From: Geosiphon pyriformis uo1
Taxonomy: Eukaryota > Fungi > Glomeromycota
Direction of reading: 5' to 3'
NCBI GenBank assembly: GCA_016748015.1
Contig: JAAOMT010000480.1
Span: 372,001 to 436,000, forward strand
DNA: 64,000 nt
How positions within the stretch are numbered: the stretch's first letter is position 1; each line of letters opens with the position of its first letter. The translations under genes and the position numbers were made by a program. Positions 18,801 through 29,900 of this stretch are shown one piece after another. The notes under the pieces were generated by a model that did not search any database, was not told where the DNA came from, and saw only the letters and a program-made list of their open reading frames with translations.

Positions 18801-20528
18801 GCTTGTATTGGTGTTGGTGCTTCTGATAATTTTTTGGCAGGCTTAGTTTGTATATTTTATGATTATAATCTTTCTCTGGGTGGCATCAGAGCCAATGCTT
18901 TTCATCTTTGGAAAGAGACCCCTATGGTATTTGTTCTTAGTAAGTTTAGATTTGTCAGATGTCTTCCGTCTTTTTGGTGTTATGGTGTTGCTTTTGTGGA
19001 CCAACTTCGGGACCACAGTAGGACTGCTTTTACTTGGGCAACCTTTAAATGTTGGAAGTGGTTGGATCCACGTGGGCCAGTTTCTGTCTGGTTTGATCTT
19101 TCAGTTTTTTTTATCAACATGGTGGCTCCCATTTCTGTCACATCTTCTGCTGTTAGTGGGGTTGCCCCTTGAAATGTCCTGGATTTGATTGAATTTGTTG
19201 AGATTCGTGATCGTCTACTTGGTGTTGGTACTGATAGTATTTTGGTTTATACTGATAATTTTTTGGCTGGTTTGGGTACTGTTAGCATATGGGCTGGTGC
19301 TGCCGTTTTTTTTGATGGTGTTGATTTGGGCTTGGGTGTTGAAGTCTCTGGTTTGGTATCTTCTACTATGGCAGAGTTGCAGACTATTGCTCTGGCTCTT
19401 GAGTGTGTTCCCCTCTCTAGTTCTGTTTATTTGTTTTTTGACAGTCAAGCGGCTTTGAATGCATGCAAATCTGAGCTGGGTCTGGTGTTTCCAGACTTTT
19501 GAAATCAATGCTGGTTAGAACACTGTCACATTTATGACTTGATTCATAGTAAAAATCTGAACATCTGTTGGTTTAAAGTCAAAAGACATTCTGGTGTTGT
19601 GGGTAATGAGTGTGTGGATACTCTTACTACAGCCACTGCTATGTCTGAACATTCACTTCTTTTACGTGTGAATGCATGCTATATTTTGGCAGGTGGTATG
19701 GTTGTTTCTGGAAATTCTAGACATTTTGTTCATGATATTCTCTGTTGTGTTTATCATGCTCAATGGGAGATTGGTTCTGGTTTTAGGGTCTTGGTCACCA
19801 GTTTGCGTGGTGATGTGGACTGGCATAGGTCTTTTCTTGTGTGGCATCCTGATATGCATATGACTGCTGGTTCCACTGGTAAACATTCTGCCAGTGCTCA
19901 TACTTATTTCATGAAGACTCTACATCATTGACTGCCTGTTGCTGTCTGCAAGCACTTTTATAGTAGATCTTATCCCAGCATTTTATGCTTGTATTGTGAT
20001 GAAGTTGAAGTTTCCGATCATGTTTTTGCTTGTGGTTCTGATACTGCTATCCATGTTCAGCTGCTGGACATGCATGCAGCTATCTGGAGAGCACTCTCCA
20101 GTTTACTCTGGTCATCATCATGACTTATGCAGCTTATGCTCTCTTGCATTTATGACACTTTGTTGTGTTTGGCGTTTTGTAAGAGCTTTATGTTCAAACT
20201 TTGTTTTTAGAAAGTGGTTTCAGTTTTCAGAGACTTGAAGATTGCTTGTCAGAAGGTGGTGGAATTTGTGCAAAATTTTTGTCTTGCTTTTAGGGATGAG
20301 GTTTGGCTGGTTTATATGAGTTACCATGCTTTAATAGAGAAGTGTGGCCTGATTCCTAGAGATGGCTCTGTTTCTGGCCTAGTGCGTGGTCTTTCTTTAT
20401 TATTCTTTACAGGAGTAATAAAGATGTTGGGTATTGTAGAAGCTTTTGGCATTAGCTTTGGCTTTTGTATACCTTGTTTATTTTTTTTGGGTATTGGGAA
20501 TTCTGTATTGGTTATTATAGATGCTTAG
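15840..20528 (+). pseudogene. LINE-a ORF2: AP endonuclease, reverse transcriptase, RNase H, C-terminal zinc finger
   Basis: APE: CNVRGMN, VTETKL, GGDFN, TIDYIFV. RT: GLNQGEVFS, AFMDDT. RNase H: VYTD, AELQTI, DSQAAL, KVKRHSGVVGNECVD. Zinc finger: CLYCDEVEVSDHVFAC. Confidence 0.92.
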
Positions 20529-21282
20529 TGTAGTTCTGATTGGCCTGAGTGACTGGTCACATGTAGAAAATACATGATTCATGCCTAGTTTAGATCTCTT
20601 ATGATGTATTGTACTAGGTGATATTTGGACCTCACTTATTAAACAATAAAAAAAAAAAAAGATACAAACATTTTTGTTTTGAAACTAACAATTATTATTA
20701 ATAGTATAATTAAAAAAAAAGTAATAAAAGAGTTTTTTCATAATTCTATAAGCAATATTTTTACATAAAACCAAAAATTCTAAATAATAATATTAAATAC
20801 TTTGATAATAAAACAAACATATTTCTAACTAAGTTTTTAGATAATATAAAACAATTTTTAAATATAAACACTAATTTAGAAAAAAAATAAACAAGTTTTT
20901 ATTGGTTAATAAAAATTACAAAGCAAATAATAAGAGTAAATTTTTTTTGATTTTAAATAAATACTTTTAAAGCAAAAAAATCAATATTAATAAAATGAAT
21001 AAATTTTTATTTGGAATTTTTTTTTATATTATATTATTGCTTTAAAAAAAATGAATTAATTTTAAAATAATTAAAAATTTTATGTTTTAAACATTAATTT
21101 GTTAATAATTAAAAAAAAACACTATAATAAAAATATTAATTATTAAAAAATTGTTTTTATTAATATTTAACAAATGAGGCCCAAATACTACTTAGCACAA
21201 TACGTCAAACTAAGTAATCTAACTAGGTGCAAATTATGCACTTTCTACATATAACCAGTCACTCAAATTAATTAGAGCAACA

Positions 21283-23751
21283 CTACAAATCTATTTTAAT
21301 AGACACTATACTATTAATACCAGAAAAAAAACAGCAAGATTTATAGAAACCAAAGCTAATGCCAAATGTTTTAGAAATCCCAAGCAATCTAACAACCTTA
21401 TTAGAAAACAGAAATAACAGACCAAAAATCCTGGAAAACACTAATTTATCATGCATAATTAATTTTCTCTTCTTTATAAATACTTTATATTTAGCTCTAA
21501 CTAATTATATATCAGTATAATAAACCACTTCAAAGCCCCAAACAAAATCAATAACTCATTTACTGACAGCTTTAACATTATCAAAAACAAACACAGTTTC
21601 TAAAAACCAATAATTAAACAAAAAACCCTTATACAGAATGGTATATAAAACATTATCAGAAGCACATAAAAAAAGCATCTGTAAGATCCAAAAAGATGAC
21701 AAGCTTAAACTCAACAAAGCATATCATTAAGACAAATATAATGCAAGCAGATTCTCATGAATTCCAAAATCTATTACATATACAAAAAAATGATTGGAAC
21801 TCTCTACTTCTTCACAATAAAGACACAATACACTAGGATAATTTTTATAATATAATTGTTTCCAAAAAATAACTGACAGATAATAGTACAGAGCCTTTAT
21901 AAAATACAATCACAAACCAACTGTAGACTTACTTGTAAATTTAGCTGTTATATAATAATTGAAGTGCCAAACCAAAACAGTGTGAATCCAATTTACATTA
22001 CCAATCAAGCTTTTATCAATAATACCAAAACCAAGACCAATCTCTCAACAAGCATGATGAACAATCCTAAAAATCTTCTGAACAAAATAGTGAATATTTC
22101 CTGACACTATTATACTGCCAGTTTTAATAAATCTATTTTTGACCAGAACAGAAAGCATTAAATTTGAATTAGCAGTCAAGCCAGCCAGCTTATCAGCATG
22201 CTTATTTTCCAAAACATCTAAATAACTCTTAACCTTGTATTAAAAAATGCAAAGCCTCTTTTTTCTAATAGTTTCTACAATACTGCACTATTCCATCCAA
22301 CAGCAAGTGTGAAAATCTGGTAAAACCAAAACCAACTCTACAACACAAACATTCAAGGCAGCCTAATTGTTCAAGTACACTACAACTAAACTGCTAGAAA
22401 AAACACACTCCAAAGCCAGAACAATAGTCTGTAAATTTTACTATTATAAAGAGCACTAACTTATTGACCTTAATGCTAATATCCAAATCCAAATTAAAGA
22501 AATATGCAGTTCTCCTATATTCTATTTCACACATACCCAAGTTCTTTAAAGACCCATTCATGTACATACTAATGACACTCAAACTAGCATTAAAGAGACT
22601 TTGTAACAACTCAAAAAAATCATCAGAATTATAAACATCCAAAGACTAGGAGCTAATATTACATGACTTAGCAAAAAGTAAAGACTTAATCAAGAATTCA
22701 CATATCAGGTAAAACCAGTAAAAAACCAGATCTCTTGGATTAAGTTTTTTCCAATAGCAGAAATTCTTCCAATCAAAGATCAGTTCTTTTTTGTCATATA
22801 GTTGGTTAATGAAAGCAATTTCAAATCTTATAAATAAATGTAAAACATCATAAAACACAGAATTTTTTAGAACAAAAGACATCAGAGTGCTGCCAAAAAA
22901 ATAAAATGCAAAAAAATGAATATTGTCAAGAGATATATTACAATTCAAAAAAATTTTCACTATACTAATCAAAAAGTTATTAACCAGACTAATCTTTAAT
23001 TTCATAGATTAAAACAAAGAATAAATGAGAAACCAACTCAGAACCTGCAAATTTAAAAACTGATAATCAAACAACTAATCAAGAATTCTCTTAACATTTA
23101 AAAAAACTAATACTAAAGCCATTTTATTCTTAGCCTATAGCTGTTCAAATATTTTTAAGTCATACAATGAAGAATAGTAAAAAGTCTCATTAAGAAAGTC
23201 TCTTGACAGACCAGCTTTTAACTTTAAATCTTTCTTAATCAGTGTGTTCTACTTAATACACATATTTTTAGAAACAAAACTAAACTAAGTTCTGTAACTG
23301 ATTATAAATTGTAGTACAGCCAAAACCAAATAAAGAAACTATTTGTCTAAGATAGTTTTTCTTAAAATTAGATTAACAAAAAACCTAACATCTGAATGAG
23401 CTTTGGACAAACTAGGTTTGGATAAGCTCTCAGAAGACAAAAAAATACTAAGATATCTATAAGACTCCTTTCTATGAGCAATAGAAATTGGCAAATCACT
23501 TATTGACAATAAAACATTCTTAACTTTTTAGTTAATAGAGATGGCAACAGTCTTTTTATTATTAACTGAAATATTATTGACCATAAAAAAACTACTAGCA
23601 ATATTTAAAATATATTAAGTGGCTGCTTAACTATTCTCAATTCAAATTATGTCATCAATAAAAGCATCAGCTACAAGAAATAATAACAAACCACTTAGGT
23701 TCTTTAGTCTGCCAGTTTTGGCAACAAATTTAGTATCAATATAATAATCAT
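21283..23751 (-). pseudogene. LINE-b ORF2, 3' part (end of RT, RNase H, zinc finger)
   Basis: Fragments 'YMNGSLKNLG' and 'CLYCEEVESSNHFF' are homologous to LINE-a ORF2; stop TAG at 21283-21285. Confidence 0.85.
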
Positions 23752-24729
23752 TGTTACCAGAGGTTTTTGGTCTCTTCTTAGCTCTTGTATGTTTATTGTA
23801 ATGCTGTTAATTCACGACTATGGGAAGTGTTTAAACCTCTGATAACTGAATTTATCTTCAAATTATCTCTTATAATTTGAACTGTTGGGCTTATAAGTGG
23901 AATGGCCAGTTCTATGCCAGTTGCTTTGTGTAGTTATGTTGTAGTAAACATCAACTCTTTCCCAGGAATTGCTCATCTGAAAGCTCACTAAAAATGTGTA
24001 GTTACTTTGCTGTAAAAGTCAACTCTTCTACAGGAATCTTGTTTGTAGGCTACCCTAATGATTGTAATAAGAAAATAAAAAATAAATAAAAGAAATGTAA
24101 AAGAAATAAAATTTTATCAAGGAAAATGTTTTCTATCCAGACCTGGAGTCACTAACAGTTTACTGAAATTGGTAGCTAATCAATTTCAAAACGTTAGTTA
24201 GATTTTGGGGATTTTTCGAGTACAATAATTAAAGAATTTGGTTTTTCAAATTATTTGATATTTATTTTTTTTTTGTGTATAGGAATAGTTCTAAGTGATA
24301 AATCTAAAGTAAGATACATTTTTTCGAAGAGAGAAGTTCTTCTTTTATACAACTTGTCATAACACTATTCTATAAACTTGAACTTTGCTCTTTTCTACAA
24401 TTTTGCTGAACTAAAGATACATTTTGGCGAATTACAAGTTATTTCTGCAAACTATTAGATATTTCGGTGAATTATTAATTATTTCTGCAAATTTTTACAA
24501 ATTTCAGCAAACTTTTGAATGTTACATATTTCAGGGTATTGCATGATTGATCATTGCACTTAGGTTACATTTGTGTTATGTACAAATTGAGTTATTAATT
24601 AAATGATAATTTCGGACATTTTGCTAATATAATAAGTGATAATTTAAAACAATAATATATGCTAATTAATGATAAGATTTATAAGAGTAATTTTATGCTA
24701 AACAATATCTCTAATTTTGTCTGGTAACA
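23752..24729 (-). repeat. Gypsy-A 3' LTR
   Basis: TG...CA ends with 10-bp inverted termini; ~95% identical to 32571-33549 over the part compared; adjacent PPT. Confidence 0.95.
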
Positions 24730-25417
24730 TAACCTCCTCCTCAAGACTGAGCTCCATTGAAGTCCAAGTACTATCTGTAATTTCCAGATAATAATCTAAA
24801 ATTATTAAAGAAATTTGGTCTGAAAATTGTTAAAATTTCAGTTCTGTGAGCTTTCCAATGTATTGAATCTTTAAAGGCTGTAAAATTGGGTTTTGTAAGA
24901 CATTTTCACAGGTGTGGAATAGGTCATAAAGTCTAAGGGCAGCTCTTAGTTTATAACAACTGTTTGTAAGTCCAGCTGTTGTCTTGAATTTGTTGTAGAG
25001 TTGTTTCCGAATAGCTTCTTTTGTGAGATTTGCTGCTGTAAGCTCCCGTTTTTGTTTGTGAAGTGTTTTTCCAATGTAGAAATATCTATATATTAGAGTA
25101 TAATTGTAGTTTTCTTCATTAAGACACAGTTGAAGTTTTTGTTAAATAGTAGCATTTGGTGGAATACTAATAGGAATAAGCATTAAGTTTTCTCTTAAAG
25201 CAAGTTTTAAAAGTTCTGGCAGATGAATTTCAGAATAACTTCTTGTGTTCTTCTTATATGGGTGATATTTTCGTGAATTTGGGGCTAAATTTGTAACTAT
25301 TTCTGTTTGGGTATAATTAATGTGGTTTCCAGTAACAGTAATAGATAATTTGGGTATTGTTTTTAAAGTTAACATTAGTTTTTGGGATAATTGTTGAATG
25401 TTTTGAGGAATAGTCAT
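24698..25417 (-). pseudogene. Gypsy-A ORF3, ~240 codons, unknown function, ends inside the 3' LTR
   Basis: Single frame MTIPQNIQ...YRYFYIGKTL...AALRLYDLF...IQYIGKL...ELSLEEEVMLPDKIRDIV* with two internal TAA (likely CAA>TAA); homologue in Gypsy-B2. Confidence 0.75.
24730..24742 (-). other. Polypurine tract (GAGGAGGAGGTTA)
   Basis: Immediately upstream of the 3' LTR on the minus strand. Confidence 0.85.
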
Positions 25418-25533
25418 TATAAGAGATTTGAAAATAAAAGAAAATTATTTTTAGTGTATGGGTTTTTATGTTATTTTTGCTTTGTTTTTGTGAGATTGTT
25501 TCTAAATTATAAGGAGATAACTATAAATTTAAG

Positions 25534-26918
25534 TTAAGTGTTCAAGTTGGGAGGTTGTTCAATAACAACTATTGGTTTTAAATTTTGGGGAATATCTTTG
25601 AGATTGATTAAAGGGGAATGTGTACCAATTTGTGAAATTAATGGTTCAGGATTGTGTCTGAAATTATAGTGTTTCAAACAATCTCCATGTACAACTTTTG
25701 CTAGGATTTTGTTATCAAGTCTTAGCTTGTATGATCCATTGTCTAGGACTTCATGAATAAAGAATGGTCTATCCCATTTATTTTCAAATTTTCCACTCCA
25801 TTGTTTTTCAGCTTTAGTTCTGTGTAAGAGAACTTTGTTTCCGATTTTAAATTCATTGGTAACTGGAGGCAATTTGTTGTTATGCCATTCTTTTTATTGA
25901 GCTTGGGAGTGTTTAATATGAGTGGCTGCTATTCATTGTTTTCCTTCCAATGTGCTAAGCAGAGTATAGGCTCTTCGTTGTAGTGTTTCCTGAAAGTTGT
26001 CTTTATTAATTGGTTGTACTGGATATGTTTCTATTGTAAAACTAATTGGTAACATTGCTGTCCTTCCATAGGTTAAATCAAATGATATGTGTTTTGTGGT
26101 ATCTTGTTTTAGTGTTCTATATGCTAGTAACACTGATGGAATAAAGAGATCTTATTCTTGCTCAAAATTGGTTAAGACTTTGGCTAATAATTCACACAAT
26201 GTTCTGTTGAAACATTCTACAAGTCTATTTGTTTGTGGATGGTAGGATGAAGATAATAGTCTTTTGACATTAAATCGTCCACAAATTTCTTGGATTAAAT
26301 TGTTCACAAAATGTGTTCTTTAATCAGATAAAAGTTCTATTGGGCATCCATGTCTACAAATAATGTCTTCGTAGATAAAATTTGTTACTGATTTTGCATC
26401 TGCTCATTGAATGGCTCTGGCTTCAGGCCATTTGATGAGATAGTCTACAGCTACTGCAATATAATGGTTTCTTGGTTTGTGATAAGTAGTGGTCTGACTA
26501 AATTAATACCAATTCGGTCAAAAGCCTGTCCAACTTTGATTGGGTTTAAAGGTTCTGTAGGGCAAGTTTCTTTTCTTTTTTGACAACTATTACAAGACTT
26601 AACGTATTCATGAATGTCTTTTCTCATTTGAGGCCAAAAGTAATATTCTAGTGTTCTCTGAGTGGTGTTGTCTTTTCCTAGGTGTGCTGATGAAGGATCT
26701 GAGTACATGTTATATAAAATGGTTTCTTTTTTATGTTCTTGTATTAATCTGAGTGGATTGTCTGAGTTTCTGAAGTTTTGATAATAAACTATGTTGTTGT
26801 GTAAGAAGTATTGTTTGGCTTGTTATTGTAACTGATGTTTTTTATCTGAGGACCAATCTGTTGGAATTGTTAATGTCTCCAAATATTGTTTAAGATTGTT
26901 ATAGTTTTCGGGGTTCAT
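25534..26918 (-). pseudogene. Gypsy-A integrase, separate ORF (HHCC, DDE core, GPY/F; no chromodomain)
   Basis: ATG at 26918 (MNPENYNNLKQYL); HLG...WPQM...CNSCQ; YHPQTN; WD(G)PFFIHEVLDNGSYKL. Confidence 0.88.
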
Positions 26919-26964
26919 TGTTTGTTGTTTTGTTGTTAATTCAAATGGGTGTTGGTTTTGTATT

Positions 26965-29900
26965 CTAATTTTGCCTTATTTTTGAGAGACAATCAATGTT
27001 GGTATGGAGTTTTCCTGGTTTGTGATGTACAATATATCAGTAGTTGGCTAAAAATCCTGTCCATCGGGTTTGTTTGACATTCAGCTAAGTGTTTTTATTT
27101 TGAAGTCATTTGAGTCCAATATTATCAGTGATAATGTCAAATTCTTTAGGCCTGAGATAAAGGTTGAAGTGATGTAAAGCCCAAATTATGGCTGCTGTTT
27201 CTAGTTTTGTGGCAGGGTAGTTTTTCTTAGCTGGTTTTAATGTTCTGCTAGCATAAGCAATTACTCGCTCATTTTTGTTGTCATCTAATTGTGATAAGAT
27301 AGTACCAAAGACAGTGTAAAAAGCGTCTATAGCTAGTCAAAATCAGTTACTGAAGTCTGAATAGGCAAGAATTGAAGCTGTTGTCAGCTTTTCTTTGAGA
27401 ATTTCAAAAGCCTTTTGGTGTTCTTCCATCCATTTGTATTTGACGTTTTTAGTAGTGAGCTGGTTGAGGGGTTTTGCAATTTTTAAGAATTCTTTAATAA
27501 ATTTTCAGTAATAGGATGCTAATCCAATAAATCCTCTTAATTCTGTGGTATTTCATGGAGTCTTGAAGTTTTTGACAGTGCTGATTTTTCCGGGGTCTGG
27601 TTTAATTCCATCTTTGCTAACAATGTGACCAAAAAAGGCCAAACTTGTTTTTCCGAAGTAGTATTTTTCGATGTTTAGTTTCAATCCGGCTTTCCATAAT
27701 CATTAAAAAACTTTGCGCAGGTGTTTTAAGTGTAATTCAAAAGATGGTGAATAAACATCAGTATCATCGAGATAGACAACTACTGATTTCCAAAGAAGGT
27801 TTTTGTAAACAACATCCATAAGTTTTTGGAATGTTGCTGGTGTATTGCATAATCTAAAAGGCATTACATTGAACTCATAATTTCCTCCTTGAGTGGTGAA
27901 TGCTGTTTTGGGGTGATCTTTGGGATCCATGGCAACTTGCCAGTATCCACTCTCTAAATTTAATGTCGAAAAGTATTTGGACTTCCCAAAAGCATCTAGC
28001 ATGTTATCAATTCAGGGAAGAGAGTAGGCATCTCCAATGGTGATACTATTGAGTTGTCGATAATCAACACAAAATCATATCTTTTTATTTTTCTTTTTAA
28101 CTAAGACCACAGGTGAAGTCCATGAACTCATTGATGATTGAATAAGCCCATTGTTGAGCATCCGTTGTATTTCTTCATGGATAAATTGGTGACTTTCTGG
28201 AGTAACTTAGTAGACTTGCTGTCGCCTTAGTTTGACATCTTCTGTATAGATTTGGTGTTAAACCAAATCAGTTTTTCCTAAGTCATTGTTGTTTTCGGCA
28301 AAGATATCAGCAAATTCTGCAATTAGCTCTTTGAGCTGGTTCTGTTGTTGTGGTTCAAGTTGTCCCATGTTGATTCAAGATAGTTTTTCCATGACAACAT
28401 GGTAGTTTTCAGAGCTGGGGTTTGGGTTGATTTTTGGTAGTGAATGTCCAATGATTTCTGAGAAATTGGAAACTATTTGGGATAGTTCTTGTTGAAAGAT
28501 GTTACTGTGAATGACTCCAATTTTTAAGTTATTTAATAAAATTATGGGATAATTGTTGGGATTGTAAAAAGTAACTTAGACTTTCTTTGTTCCTTCTGGA
28601 ATATAAATGTTTGGGATCAAGATATTATGTTCCAAGCAGACTTGTTTATTGGACTCAAAAATTTGTTGTGTGGTTGTTGGCTTTTCACAAGTGTAAATTT
28701 CAGGGTATTCTCCAAAGGGTGAAATAGTAATTGGTTGTAGAAGTCATAGAATCTGGTGAGATTCACTTTGTTCATTAAGAACTATGTTTACTGGAACTGT
28801 GAATTGTTCAATTGAACCAAAACTATTGGTTTCTCTTCTACTTTTTTCCAATTGTTTTTTTTGACTGACTAATTGTAAACCCGAAATGTTGATTAAAGGT
28901 AAATAAATAGCTTAAGCAATTTTTTTAGCATGTTTAATCTGAAAAAGTTTATCAGTTTCATTTTGTAACATGATTGTAATATCTCTTGTATATTCAGCAT
29001 CTATGATTCCTCCTCTAACATTGATTCCTTTGCTTGCCAATGATGATCGTAAAGTGATTTGGACCATTGCTCTTGGTAAGATTTTGAGGGCAATTTTGAG
29101 ATTAATTTTGGTAAGAGAATTTGGTTGAAGAACCAAAGTGTCTTTTTCTGGATATCATAAATTGTATCCAGCATCAATTTCATGTGCTTTTTCTGGTTTT
29201 ATTCCTTGTCCATTGTTGTTGAAGTATTTGAGTTGTGAAGCAGGTTGATTTTCGATGAGGTAGATGGGTGTTGTTTCAATTTTTTCTGTTGCTTCAAATT
29301 CTCTGAATTCAATTTCGTATTCATCACTTTTGCTGGACAATGGAATGCTAAGAGTATAGCATTTAGGACACTATTGTTCGTCACATGGCATTATACACTC
29401 CTCACATAATTTAATGTTCATTTGCTCTAATCATTGAATTTGGGTAGATATGACTTGTGATTTGGTGATATACTTCTACTTTATTTTCATAATCAAATCC
29501 AGCTAATTTCAATGTATATTCAATATATTCAGCTTCTTTCATTTGAAGGACATCTTCTTTGGTTCCTCTGTTAATTAAAACCATGGCAAGTTCATAGATT
29601 ATTTTGGCGTCATGGGAGTAGTGATAGAGTTTGCTGAGGGTGCTGTTGTATGCAGCATTAAAAAGTATTCCACATTTTACTTTTTCTGCAATAGAAAAAG
29701 CATATTGACAAGTTTGATCGTAGACTCTTTCTCTAAATGCAACATCAATCCAGTCACATTCATTGGGAAGCTGCTTTCCACAAGTAAGACAGGATGTTCC
29801 ATCCCATTTTCTGCTTCTTTTGATCAAGTGGCCCTATCATTCTCGATAGCAGGCCTTGCAATAGTAGCAGGTGTGACTTTCATATTCTTTTTTAGATAAA

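Larger units (their letters stand above)
13796..20660 (+). mobile_element. LINE-a: full-length degenerate non-LTR retrotransposon (ORF1 + APE-RT-RNaseH-CCHC ORF2) with poly(A) tail and 9-bp TSD
   Basis: Poly(A) at ~20648-20660; AAGATACAA at 13787-13795 and 20659-20667; two collinear ORFs with scattered stops. Confidence 0.92.

Noticed and set aside
19215-19901. Antisense ORFs over LINE-a, and similar shadow ORFs over the genes and gag regions
   Set aside because: They lie opposite or out of frame to recognisable domains and reflect strand compositional bias.
24698-25417. ORF3 as an envelope gene (endogenous retrovirus/errantivirus)
   Set aside because: Too short; no signal peptide, furin site/fusion peptide or TM anchor visible.
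25534-25700. Chromodomain at the integrase C-terminus
   Set aside because: After the GPY/F region there is only a short Pro-rich tail with no chromodomain aromatic pattern.
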